Below the pieces are notes generated by a model that worked only from the letters and a program-made list of their open reading frames with translations, made no database searches and was not told the origin of the DNA. DNA of 64,000 bases from Malacoraja senta (lineage: Eukaryota), in assembly GCA_038087875.1 (NCBI GenBank), contig JAXLNO010000051.1, positions 372,001-436,000 of the forward strand, in the 5' to 3' direction. The first letter of the stretch is position 1; the number at the start of each line of letters is the position of its first letter. Below, piece by piece: positions 1-11,829 of the stretch. The translations under genes were made by a program, and so were the position numbers.

Positions 1-279
1 TCATTCTTCCTCTTCCAAAGTCCACAATCAGTTCATTGGTTTTACTGATATTGAGAGCCAGGTTATTGTGCTGGCATCATTTGGCCAATCGGTCGATCTC
101 ATTCCTTTCACACTCATCACCATCTGTAATTCGCCCAACAATGCTGGTGTTGTCGATGAGCTTGAAAATGGAGTTCGCACTGTGTCCGGCTACACAGTGA
201 TGAGTATGGAGTGAGTGGAGCAGGGGGCTGAGCACGCAGCCTTGAGGTGCTCCCGTATTGATTGTTATTGAGGATGACG
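1..279 (-). mobile_element. Old Rex1/Babar LINE RT fragment (host of the Vingi insertion)
   Basis: Reverse strand encodes the [13 protein letters not shown]...ELIVDF region of Rex1 ORF2, degenerate; mirror of 11238-11535. Confidence 0.8.
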
Positions 280-427
280 TATTTCTACCTTCTTCTTGTT
301 AGTGAAGCATAAACCTTTGAAGCAACAAACACCCACGGCGAGGTAAGTGGGTGTTTGTTCGAAGTCCAAGCGCCTGTTGTTAACGAAGACAGCTAGCTAG
401 CTTAGCTTCATTGTTGTGTAGATGGAA

Positions 428-1878
428 GTCAAGTCAAGTCAAGTCAAGTCAAGTGAGTTTAATGTCATGTGTCCCTGGTAGGACAATGAAATTCTTGCTT
501 TGCTTGAGCACAACAGAACATAGTAGGCATTTACTACAAGGCATTCTATAAATATATACACAATGGTCAATATACTGATAAAGTGCAAATAACAGTATTG
601 GCTAGTAAAGTTCAGTGTTATGTCCGAGCCAGGTTTAATAGCCTGATGGCTGTGGGGAAGTAGCTGTTCCTGAACCTGGTCGTTGCAGTCTTCAGGCTCC
701 TGTACCTTCTACCTGAAGGTAGTAGGGAGATGAGTGTGTGGCCAGGATGGTGTGGGTCCTTGATGATGCTGCCAGCCTTTTGGAGGCAGCGACTGTGGTA
801 GATCCCCTCGATGGAAGGGAGGTCAGAGCCGATGATGGACTGGGTAGTGTTTACTACCTTTTGTAGTCTTTTCCTCTCCAGGGCACTCAAGTTGCCGAAC
901 CAAGCCACGATGCAACCGGTCAGCATGCTCCCTACTGTCCACCTGTAGAAGTTAGAGAGAGTCCTCCTTGACAAACCGACTCTCCGTAATCTTCTCAGGA
1001 AGTAGAGGCGCTGATGTGCTTTCTTAATAATGGCATCATTGTTCTCGGACCAGGAAAGATCTTCAGAGATGTGCACGCCCAGGAATTTGAAGCTCTTGAC
1101 CCTTTCAACCATCGACCCGTTGATATAAACGGGACTGTGGGTCCCCATCCTACTCCTTCCAAAGTCCACAATCAGTTCCTTGGTTTTGCTGGTGTTTAGG
1201 GCCAGATTGTTGTGCTGGCACCATATGGACAGTTGCTCGATCTCTCTTCTATACTCTGACTCATCCCAATCAGTGATACGTCCCACAACAGTGGTGTCAT
1301 CAGCGAACTTGATGATGGAGTTCGCACTATGTCCCGCTACGCAGTCATGAGTATAGAGTGAGTACAGCAGGGGACTGAGCACGCAGCCTTGAGGTGCTCC
1401 CGTGCTAATTGTTATAGACTCTGACACATTTCCACCAATACGAACAGACTGTGGTCTGAGAGTGAGGAAGTCGAGGATCCAATTGCAGAGGCATGCATAG
1501 AGACCCAGTTCTGCGAGTTTGGTAACCAGCTTGGAGGGGATGATTGTGTTAAATGCCGAGCTGTAATCGATGAATAACAGCCTGACATATGAGTTTTTGT
1601 TGTCCAAGTGGTCCAGAGCGGAGTGGAGGGCCAGCGAGATAGCATCCACCGTTGATCTGTTGTGGCGGTAAGCGAACTGCAGTGGGTCCAGGTTTTTGTC
1701 GCGGTAGGAGTTGATCTGCGTCATGATCAACCTCTCAAAGCACTTCATCACCACAGGCGTTAGTGCCACAGGTCGATTGTCATTGAGGCACGTCACCTTA
1801 CTCTTCTTGGGCACTGGTATAATTGATGCCCTTTTGAAGCAGGTGGGGACCTCAGACCTCAGAAGTGAGAGGTTGAAA
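428..1878 (-). mobile_element. 5'-truncated Rex1/Babar LINE (copy A), (GACTT)n tail
   Basis: Open RT frame 1878->618 ([23 protein letters not shown]); (AAGTC)n at 426-454 on + strand; ATGGAA repeated at 422-427 and 1879-1884. Confidence 0.88.
618..1878 (-). CDS. Rex1 ORF2 reverse transcriptase, C-terminal part (5'-truncated)
   Basis: ORF 618..2249 from IFNLSL onward has [22 protein letters not shown]; its N-terminal ~120 aa lie outside the element. Confidence 0.8.
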
Positions 1879-1908
1879 ATGGAATGCTGTTGACACAGTT
1901 TTGCCTTC

Positions 1909-4418
1909 AGATTCAGATTCAGATTCAGATTCAACTTTATTGTCATTGTGCAGTGTACAGTACAGAGACAACGAAATGCAGTTAGCATCTCCCTAGCAGA
2001 GCGGCATAAGTGTGAGCAATAAATAAATCTAATAAATCCTGGTGGGAGGAGTGTCCGGGGGTGGGGGTGACTGGCAATCACCGAGGTACAGGGTTGAGTA
2101 GTGTAAGAGCCGCAGGGAAGAAGCTGTTCCTGAACCTGCTGGTCCGGCAACGGAGGGACCTGTAGCGCCTCCCGGATGTGAGGTGTGTAAACAGTCTGTG
2201 GTTGGGGTGAGAGCAGTCCATGACGATGTTGCGCGTCCTTCGCAGTCATCGCTTGCTTTGGACAGACTCAATGGAGGGGAGTGAGGAACCGGTGATACGT
2301 TGGGCAATTTTCACCACCCTCTGCAGTGCTTTCCGGTCGGAGACAGAGCAGTTGCCATACCATACTGTGATACAGTTGGTAACGATGCTCTCGATGGTGC
2401 AGCGGTAGAAGTTCACCAGAATCTGAGGAGACAGATGAACCTTCTTTAGTCTCCTCAGGAAGAAGATACGCTGGTGAGCATTCTTGACCAGAGTTGAGGT
2501 ATTGTGGGTCCAAGAGAGGTCATCGGACATGTTGACCCCCAGGAACCTTAAGCTGGAAACACGTTCCACCTCCGTCCCGTTAATGTGGATGGAGGTGTGC
2601 GTGCCGCCCCTAGACTTCCTGAAGTCTACAATGAGCTCCTTGGTCTTCTTGGAGTTAAGGGCCAGGTTGTTGACAGCGCACCATGCTGCTAGGGGGGAGC
2701 TGGACCTCCTCCCTATAGGCCGACTCATCGTTGTTACTGATGAGGCCAATCACCGTTGTATCATCTGCATACTTGATGACGGTGTTAGTACCATGTACAG
2801 GTGTGCAGTCATAGGTGAAGAGGGAGTAGAGGAGGGGGCTCAGCACACAGCCCTGTGGAACGCCGGTGTTCAGGGTGAGGTTTGAAGAGGTGTGCTTGTC
2901 TAACCTAACAGACTGGGGTCTGTTGGTTAAAAAGTCCAGTATCCAGTTGCAGAGGGAGGGGTCGATGCCCAGGTCACCGAGTTTGGTGATCAGTTTAGAG
3001 GGTATGATGGTGTTGAATGCTGAGCTGTAATCGATGAACAGCATTCTAACGTAAGTGTCTCTGTTGTCGAGGTGGGAGAGGGCGGAATGAAGTGCCGTTG
3101 AGATGGCATCCTCCGTACTCCTGTTCTTGCGGTAGGCAAACTGATAGGGATCCAATGTGGGGGGTAGGCAGCCTTTGAGGTGTGCCAGGCCCATCCTCTT
3201 GAAGCACTTGGCGATGATGGGAGTAAGTGCAACTGGGCGGAAGTCGCTGAGGCTTGCCGCAGTGGAGTGTTTTGGCACCGGCACGATGGAGGTGGATTTA
3301 AGGCACGTGGGCACAACTGCTTGGGCAAGTGACAGGTTGAAGATGTCAGTCCAGACGTCTGTCAGCTGCGCAGCACAGGCCATGAGGACGCGCCCGGGGA
3401 TGCCGTCAGGACCAGCAGCCTTACGTGCATTAGTCCTACTCAGTGCCACGTACACGTCGTAGGGGATGAGAGAGAGGGGCTGGTAATCGGCAGGGAGCAC
3501 CGCCTTGATGGCCATCTCTAGATTGTCCCTATCGAAGCGGCCATAGAAGTGGTTAAGCTCTTCAATGAAGGAGGCGTTGCTGGATGTGGGGGTGGTGTTG
3601 GTGGGTCTAAAGTCCGTGATGGCCTGGATGCCTTGCCACATGCGTCGGGGGTCGGAGTTGTTGTTGAAGTGCTCCTCAATCCTGAGCTTATGGCAGAGCT
3701 TGGCCTTCTTTATGCCCCTCTTCAGGTTAGCCCTGGATGAAGTATAGGCTCGGGCATCGCCTGACCTGAAAGCGGTGTCCCGTGCTTTCAGCAGTAGCCT
3801 GTCCTCGCTGTTCATCCATGGCTTCTGATTCGGGAATATGGTCACCTGTTTGAGGGAGGTGACACTGTTGATGGTGGAGTTTATAAAGTCCAGAACAGAG
3901 GATGTATAGGAGTCAATGTCCGTGTGGGAGTCAAGGGTGGCCTGGGCTGCAAACGCCTTCCAGTCAGTGTTTCCAAAACACTGCTGAAGTGTGGAGTCCG
4001 CCTCCTCTGACCAGACTTTAATTGTCCTCACAGTGGGTTTAACCCGTCTGATGAGTGGGGAGTACTTTGGGAGTAGGAACAATGAGAGGTGATCACACTG
4101 TCCAAGGTGGGGGAGGGGGACGGCTTTGTAAGCTGCAGCCATGTTGGTGTACACTTTGTCCAGTGTCTTGTCTTCTCTAGTGGCGAAGGAGACATGTTGG
4201 TGGAATTTGGGGAGTACAGTCTTCAGGTTGGAGTGATTGAAGTCACCCGCAACAATGAAGGCTGCCTCGGGGTTGTGAGTCTGTTGTTTGCTAATGGCAG
4301 TATGCAGATCTTTCAGTGCAAGCTTGGCATTAGCATCATGGGGAATATAGGCTGCAGTCACAACAGTGGAGGTAAACTCTCTGGGCAGATAGAACCGTCT
4401 GCATCTATCCAAGTGGAA
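1909..4418 (-). mobile_element. 5'-truncated Rex1/Babar LINE (copy B), (CTGAAT)n tail
   Basis: ORF 2655..4412 (AGDFN, DHL, QFAYR, YADD) continues by frameshift into 2246..2749; (ATTCAG)n near 1906-1932; CTTC repeated at 1905-1908 and 4419-4422. Confidence 0.88.
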
Positions 4419-6060
4419 CTTCGCTCAGCTTTAGATGCCACTGTCGTAGGTATACTGCCAAAGTCCCCATGTCTTGACTCAAGGAGCTTTCGATTGTCTG
4501 CCTCTCTTTGTGTCTCATCAGGATGGCTAGATCGTCAGCATACCCATACTTTCCAGCGATGGTATCTGGAAGGTAATGGATGTACACGGTGAAAAGCAGC
4601 GGAGCCAAGACAGATCCCTGTGGGATGCCATTCTGCAGTCTACCTATCCTACTCTGCTGTCCATCACTGGTCTCAAGCACAAAGCTGCGGTTAAATATCA
4701 GCTCCACGATGTAGCGTACCATGCGCCTGTCTGGCAGCACCCAAAGTAGCTTTGCAGTTAGTCCCCGGTGCCACACGGTAGGCAGCTGTGAGATCCGTAA
4801 GAACAACCCGTGCCTTTTCATTTGCCTCAAAGCAGTCCTCGATGTCTTGGGTGAGGAGGGTTACCTGGTCTGCAGTGGATCGATCTTGGCGGAAACCAGC
4901 CTGTTCGTGGGGTAGTTGAGGGTTTATGATGGTTACTGTGTCACTGGGCATTTGTCGGGTTTGGATGTAGCTCTGCCGGTCAGGCGGTTGACTGTGTGCC
5001 ATGCTTTACCGTGTTGGTGAAATCGATCGATTCAACCGTCTCAATCCAGCGTTCTTGTCGTTTCTCATCCAAGCGTGTGAGCAATGTAGTGATAGTGGTT
5101 TCAGAATCCTCTTTGGTGCCAGCAGCAGTATGATCTTCGTATATCTGGTGATACCCGTCATCCCAGCATGGGATGTAATCCCTCTGCTAGCCACGGGGGG
5201 TGGTTTTCTTGCCTGCACTGATAAGCATGTTGCAGTAGGCTTGGTTGGAAGAGTCCAGGTTGGTACTGTCTGGGGGAGGAAGGCCCGAGGTGGCTGCATT
5301 TGTAATTTGTTGGAACTTGTCCCAGTCGGCCTTGCAGAAGTTCCACCGCTCGATGTTGGAGCAACCAGTGGTGTTGTGGTGATGAGTGATGGTCGGTGCT
5401 GTGACCGTGGGAATTTCTCCAGAACCAGGCGCGTTGGTAACTGGTGGTTCTTTGTGTTACTGGCAAAGGCTAGGTGTGGGTTTGTACCAGTGTTCCAGCT
5501 GGCTGAATGGAAGCTGTTTGGCTCCTTTGGATCATACGGAAGCGTGAGGTCATTGGCGGATGCCCAATCTATGACGCTGTTTCCATCACTATTCCATCTT
5601 GAGTAGTCCCATTCGGTGTGGTGGCAGTTGACATCACCTGAGTATACACAGGGAGGGGTGAACACTGGTATGCATGTTGTAGCCAGACGCACTGGGGGTG
5701 GCTTGTACACATTGATGATGGTGACGTCCTGAACCTTCACTGCAAGCCATTCCAGATATCAGTCTTCTGCAGACTGCCCTTCTATAGCCCAATCCGTGTC
5801 ATCTCTGATGAAAGTGGCCAGACCATATATACTACGTGGTGTGAAAGTAGCTAGTGTGAATTCAGGAATTGTGTATTTCTCCACATTTTCGCAGTGTGTC
5901 TCCTGCAGGAGTATGACATTCGCTTATTTGGTGTATGCTAGCTGCTGAATAATGGATATCTTAGTATTTCTACCAATTCAAACAGACTGTGGATGAGGAA
6001 GTCGAGGATCCAATTGCAGAGGGATGCGCAGAGACCAAGTTCCATGAGTTTGGTAACCAG

Positions 6061-6260
6061 CTTTGTTTTTAATCCCCAAAAAAATGCAATGGCTCGCAGA
6101 AGGACGCATTGGCCAGGCCAAGGAGCAACCCAACCAGGACATCTTCGGTACCGCCCACTCCCTAGTTCCCGTAACCGCTCCTCTCCCTTTGGACCCTAGG
6201 TGAAGTGGCGGTGCTCCTTGCCCTCTGGACCCTGGCTACAAATGACGCTCTACTCGTCCC
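6061..6260 (-). mobile_element. Short Tx1/L1-like 3' fragment with A-rich tail
   Basis: Flanked by TTGGTAACCAG repeats (6050-6060, 6261-6271); weak similarity to the LLLGLA motif of the neighbouring Tx1-like piece. Confidence 0.5.
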
Positions 6261-6271
6261 TTGGTAACCAG

Positions 6272-6763
6272 TTTTTGTTACAATTTAATCAACAATATTT
6301 ATTCAAATATTAAAACAATATATACAGTACAGTAAAAAGCAAAACAGAACCCACCACCATAATACACAACGAACAAATATACAAAAATAAACTACTATAC
6401 AACTATGTTACAATCCTTGTCAAGGATGCATTCAAACCCCCGCGGTGCCCAGCAGTCCCGGAAATCCCCCAGGGTGTCAGTGGAAAGCACGTAGTCCCTC
6501 GTTAACACCATCCGAGCGCGGATGTAGCCCCGGAAAAGGGGCAGGCAGTTGGCTCGGACAGAGCCCTCTTCCGCCTGGCGTCGTGACTAGCGGATGGCCA
6601 GCATGGCCAGGCCCAGGGCATATTCAGCACTATCCTCTCCCTACGAACAGGGTATCCAAAGATGAGGATGGTGGGTGAGAAATGTAGCCAGAAGGCAAGA
6701 AGCAGCCCCTTTAGATAATAGAACAGTGTCTGCAACCTCACACACTCCATATACACGTGGCAC
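6272..6763 (-). mobile_element. Tx1-clade (L1-like) LINE 3' fragment
   Basis: Encodes HVYMECVRLQTLFYYLKGLLLAFWLHFSPTILIFGYP, followed by 3' UTR, AATAAA and A-rich tail; flanked by TTGGTAACCAG repeats (6261-6271, 6764-6774). Confidence 0.7.
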
Positions 6764-7267
6764 TTGGTAACCAGTTTTGAGGGGAAGCTGGGTATTAAGT
6801 ATAGAGCTGCTGTCTATGAGGAACAGCCTGACGAATGTTTTAGTTATTCTCCAAGTGGTCCAGTGCAGGATAGAGTGCCAGCGTGATCACGTTCTCCGTT
6901 GATCTTTTGTTGCTATCGGCAAATTATACTGCGTTCAGGTTGTTATAGAGGTAGGAGTTCATGTGCGCCATTACCGTCCTCTTAAAGCACTTCATCACCA
7001 CAGATGTTGGGCTGTAGTCATTGAGGCACGTTACCTTACCAATATTGTATTATTTGTGCCCTTTTATTGTAGATGGGAACCTCAAACCTCAGCAATGAGA
7101 GGCACCCACAGCCGTCTGTGGCAGAATTCCATAGATTCACCACCCTCTGACTAGCCTCAGAATAATAAGACGTACTATTTAAAATAAAATGATGAGGAAT
7201 TTCATTGGTCAGAGGGTAGTAAATCCGTGGTATTCTGCCACAGATGGCTTGAAGCTCCGGGCCGGTA

Positions 7268-8231
7268 TTCAGGAACGGCCGCACCTCTCCACTTGTTAGG
7301 CCGCATGGGGTGAGATAGTGGGTGGGATAGTGGTTATGCAACCTCACTTAGCTATTATGACCTGGGTTAAGTTCGCCAACGTCTCCCATAAGGAGGAACA
7401 CGCACCGCGCTCCTGTATTGTAAAATGGAAATGGTACATGTCTGGTTGGGCTGAACGAGGTCCCGGCGTTGTTAGCCTTCTGCATGAGGAAGTCAAGATC
7501 CTCCCCTCAGTTGGTCACCCACTACCAGAGCCACCTCCTGCCTCCCCCATTCCTGGGGCGGGGGGTCCATCTCCCCCTGACGAATAACAACAGGTATGGT
7601 TTAATGATGGCTAGTCGTTGGGTTGCAGGTAAGGCCGTCTGGCAGGCGGCCGCCCACCCTTTGTCTGATGACATTACTCCAGTCCGCCTGGACACCGACT
7701 CGTGGGCAGTTGCAGACGGTATGGCTGTATGGATGACACAGTAGCATTCCCAGGGCTGGAGATACATGGACTGTACCAGCTAATGGCCGTCTATGGTCCC
7801 CCATGGGAGATTCAGTCTGACTATGGGTCCCACTTTACCGGTAACAAAGTACATCAGTGGGCAGCTAATAATGGGGTGCAGTGGATCCTCCACATCCAGT
7901 ATTACCCACAAGCAGCAGGGCTGATGAAGCGAATGAATGGTCTATAACAGCAGATACGTACATTAACTTCCATTGTGTGGAACCAACGGCCTGTGACTCG
8001 GGGGACACCCATGAGCCGACATCTGCCTGTTGCAGTCGAGCCAGATGGCACCACATCGACGAAAAAACATCAGGAAGATGCCCGGAAGGTGTGGGGTTCA
8101 GTCCCCGGCGGGGGCCCCTTCGCAAGGGTGAAGTTATTTCCGCCGTGAAGGGCAATACGCAGTGGCTTATAGTGACCGGGGATGATAAACCTATATGTCT
8201 ACTTTTACAGCACCTAACCAGGCGAGAGTGA
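7268..8231 (+). pseudogene. Class III (ERV-L/spuma-related) endogenous retrovirus pol remnant with several internal deletions
   Basis: IVKWKWYMSGWAERGPGVVSLLHEEV (tether), DTDSWAVADG (RNase H), IQSDYGSHFT...WILHIQYYPQAAGLMKRMNGL (integrase core), GEVISAVKGNTQW (Pol C-terminus) resemble ERV-L Pol. Confidence 0.72.
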
Positions 8232-8249
8232 ACCTGCTCCACCCTCTCT

Positions 8250-8423
8250 TTACAGATGGCATGGGCTGATACCACTGGCACCGCCTGTCTGCACGGAATC
8301 AAACACCTATCTCTCGCGTACCTACATAAACTCTCCCTCTTCAGTCCGCTATTCCCCTCCTGAGGTTTGCTGAGGTTTGAGGTTCCCATCTACAATAAAA
8401 GAGCACAATTAATACCGGTGTCA
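8250..8423 (+). mobile_element. Possible 3' LTR remnant of the class III ERV
   Basis: Follows pol; contains CTACATAAA, AATAAA (8394-8399) and ends TGTCA next to Rex1 sequence. Confidence 0.35.
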
Positions 8424-8714
8424 ATATTGGTAAGGTAACGTGCCTCAATGACTACCGATCGCTGCCACTAACGTATGTGGTGATGAAGTGCTTTAAGAGG
8501 ACGGTGATGGCACACACCAACTCCTACCTCTATAACAACCTGAACGCAGTATAATTTGCCGATACCAACAAAAGATCAACGGAGAATGTGATCACGCTGG
8601 CACTCCATCCTGCACTGGACCACTTGGAGAATAACTAAAACATACGTCAGGTTGTTCCTCATAGACAGCAGCTCTATACTTAGCACCCAGCTTCCCCTCA
8701 AAACTGGTTACCAA

Positions 8715-9432
8715 GTGCCACGTGTATATGGAGTGTGTGAGGTTGCAGGCCCTGTTCTATTATCTAAAGGGGCTGCTTCTTGCCTTATGACTACATTTTA
8801 CACCCACCATCCTCATCCTTGGACACCCTGTGCGTAGGGAGAGGGTAGTGCTGAAGATGTCATACTTGGGTTGCTCCTGGGCCTGGCCATGCTGGCCATC
8901 CGCTAGTCACGACGCCAGGCGGAAGAGGGCTCTGCCCGAGCCGGCTGCCTGTCCCTTTTTCGCGGCTACTCCGCGGCAGGGTGGTGTTAGGGAGGGACTA
9001 CGTGCTTTCCACTGACATCCTGCGGGATTTCCGGGAATGCTGAGTACCGCGGGGTGTTTGAATGCATCAGTGACAAGGATTGTAACATAGTTGTATAGTA
9101 GTTTATTTTGTATATTTGTTCGTCGTGTATTATGGTGGTGGTTTCTGTTTTGTTTTTTACTATACTGTATATATTGTTTTATTATTTGAATAAATATTTT
9201 TGATTAAATTAAAAAAAAACTGGTTACCAAGGGACCTGTAGAGCGTCATTTGTAGCCAGGGTCCAGAGGGCAAGGAGCACCGCCACTTCACCTAGGGCCC
9301 AAAGTGGGAGGAGCGGTTACGGGAACTAGCGAGTGGGCGGCACGAAAGTTGTCCTGGTTGTGTTGCTCCTAGACCTGGCCAATCCGGCCTTCTGCGAGCC
9401 ATTACATAATTATTTTTTTGACTAAAACTAAG
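8715..9432 (+). mobile_element. Two stacked Tx1-like 3' fragments (mirror of 6061-6763)
   Basis: CTGGTTACCAA at 8704-8714, 9220-9230 and 9433-9443; poly(A) at 9211-9219. Confidence 0.7.
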
Positions 9433-9531
9433 CTGGTTACCAAACTCATGGAACTTGGTCTGTGCGCATCCCTCTGCAATTGGATCCTCGACTTCCTCAT
9501 CCACATACAAGCCTGTTTGAATTGGTAGAAA

Positions 9532-11228
9532 TACTAAGATATCAATTATTGAGCAGCTAGCATACACCAACTAAGCGAATGTCATACTCCTGCAGGAGAC
9601 ACACTGCGAAACCGTGGAGAAATACACAATTCCTGAATTCACACTAGCTACTTTCACACCAAGTAGTATATATGGTCTGGCCACTTTCATCAGAGATGAC
9701 ACGGATTGGGCTATAGAAGGGCAGTCTGCAGAAGACTCAGATCTGTAATGGCTTGCATTGAAGGTTCAGGACGTCACCATCATCAATGTGTACAAGCCAC
9801 CCCCAGTGCGTCTGGCTATAACATGCATACCAGTGTTCACCCCACCCTGTGTATACTCAGGTGATGTCAACTACCACCACACTGAACGGGGCTACTCAAG
9901 ATGGAATAGTGATGGACACAGCCTCATAGATTGGGCATCTGCCAATGACCTCACGCTTCTGTATGATCCAAAGGAGCCAAACAGCTTCCATTCAGCCCGC
10001 TGGAACACTGGTACAAACCCAGACCTATCCTTTGCCAGTAACACAAAGAACCATCAGCTACCAACGCGCCGGGTTCTGGAGAAGTTCCCTGGGTCACAGC
10101 ACCGACCATCACTCATCACCACAACACCACTCGTTGCTCTAACATCGAGCCGTGGAACTTCTGCAAGGCCGACTGGGACAAGTTCCAACAACTTACAAAC
10201 GCAGCCTCCTCGGGCCTTCCACCCGCAGACAATACCAACCTGGACTCTTCCTACCAAGCCTACTGCAACATGCTTATCAGTGCAGGCAAGAAAACCACCC
10301 CCCCGTAGCTACCAGAGGGATTACATCCCATGTTGGGATGATGAGTGTCAACAGCTATACGAAGATCATACTGCTGCTGGCACCAAAGAGGATTCTGAAA
10401 CCACTTCCACTACATTGCTCACACGCTTGGATGAGAAACGACAAGAACGCTGGATTGAGACGGTTGAACCGATCGATTTCACCAACGCTAGCGGTAAAGC
10501 ATGGCACACAGTCAACCGCCTGACCGGCAGAGCTACATCCGAACCCGACAAATGCCCAGTGACACAGTGACCATCATAGACCCTCAACTACCCCACGAGC
10601 AGGCTGGTTTCCGCCAAGGTAGATCCACTGCAGACCAGGTAACCCTCCTCACCCAAGACATCGAGGACTGCTTTGAGGCAAATGAGAAGGCAGGGGTTGT
10701 TCTTACGGATCTGACAGCTGCCTATGACACCATGTAGCACCGGGGACTAACTACAAAGCTACTTCGGGTGCGGCCAGACAGGCGCATGGTACTCTACATC
10801 ATGGAGCTGATATTTAACCGCAGCTCTGTGCTTAAGACCTGTGATGGACGGCAGAGTACGCTAAGTAGACTGAAGAATGGCGTCCCACAGGGATATGTCT
10901 TGGCTCCGCTGCTTTTCACCGTGTACATCCATTACCTCCCAGAGACCATCGCTGGAAAATATGGGTATGCTTACGATCTAGCCATCCTGATGAGACACAA
11001 AGTGTGGCAGAGAATCGAAAGCTCCTTGAGTCAAGACATGGGGACTTTTGCAGTATACCTACGACAGTGGCGTCTAAAGCTGAGCGAAGGCAAAACAGTG
11101 TCACCAGCATTCCATTTACACAACAATGAAGCTAAGCGACAGCTAGCTGTCTTCGTTAACAACAGGCGCTTGGATTTCCAACAAACACCCACTTACCTCG
11201 GCGTGGGTTTTGTTGCTTCAAAGGTTTC
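9532..11228 (+). mobile_element. Vingi/Ingi-clade non-LTR retrotransposon, internally deleted (uninterrupted mirror copy)
   Basis: ORFs 9758..10570 (APE), 10501..10737 and 10768..11253 (RT); TSD GGTAGAAAT near 9524 and 11229. Confidence 0.75.
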
Positions 11229-11237
11229 TGCTTCACT

Positions 11238-11829
11238 TGCAAGAAGTAGGTAGAAATGCGCCATCCTCATTAACAATCAATACGGGAGCACCACAAGGCT
11301 GCGTGCTCAGCCCCCTGCTCCACTCATTCCATACTCATGACTGTGTAGCCGGACACAGTGCGAACTCCATCTTCAAGTTCACCGACAACCACCATTGTTG
11401 GACGAATTACAAATGGCGACGAGCGTGAAAGAAGTGAGATCGACCGATTGACCAAATGGTGCCAGCACAATTACCTGGCTCTCAATATCAGTAACACCAA
11501 TGAACTGATTGTGGACTTTGGAAGAGGAAGAATGAGGTTCCACAATCCCGTTTAACATTTTCAAATTCCTGGGCTAGCATATTTCCGACGATCTTTCCTG
11601 GACCCAGCACACTGATGCAATTATAAATAAAGCATATCAACGTCTCTACTTGCTGAGAAGATTACGGAGATTCGGTATGTCAAAGAGGATTCTCTTGAAA
11701 TTCTACAGGTGTAAAGTGGAGAACATATTGTCTGGTTGTACCATGGCCTGGTTCGACAACTACCCAGTCCATCACCGGCTCCGACCTCCCCACCATTGAA
11801 GGGATTTACCGGAGTCGCTGCCTCAAAAA
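11238..11829 (+). mobile_element. Old Rex1 RT fragment, truncated at the start of the hexamer array
   Basis: [27 protein letters not shown] motifs with frameshifts. Confidence 0.78.

Larger units (their letters stand above)
290..5964 (-). mobile_element. Vingi/Ingi-clade non-LTR retrotransposon, internally deleted, split by two Rex1 insertions (pieces 290-427, 1879-1908, 4419-5964)
   Basis: APE endonuclease (NVYKPP, GDVNCHH, GTNPHL, SQHRP) and RT (EQAGFR, DLTAAY, PQGSVLAP, YADD); 10-bp TSD TATTTCTACC at 280-289 and 5965-5974; short (GAA)n tail. Confidence 0.75.
1..7095. repeat. Left arm of large inverted duplication (runs off window start)
   Basis: 1-427, 1879-1908 and 4419-7095 are reverse complements of about 11110-11535, 11086-11115 and 8367-11089, including shared nested-element junctions. 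Confidence 0.9.
8367..11535. repeat. Right arm of large inverted duplication
   Basis: Reverse complement of the left arm without Rex1 copies A and B; true extent unknown because the left arm leaves the window. Confidence 0.9.

Noticed and set aside
1879..2249. N-terminal extension of the 543-aa ORF 618..2249
   Set aside because: Read-through across copy B's 3' end, its tail and a Vingi remnant; no plausible promoter or start
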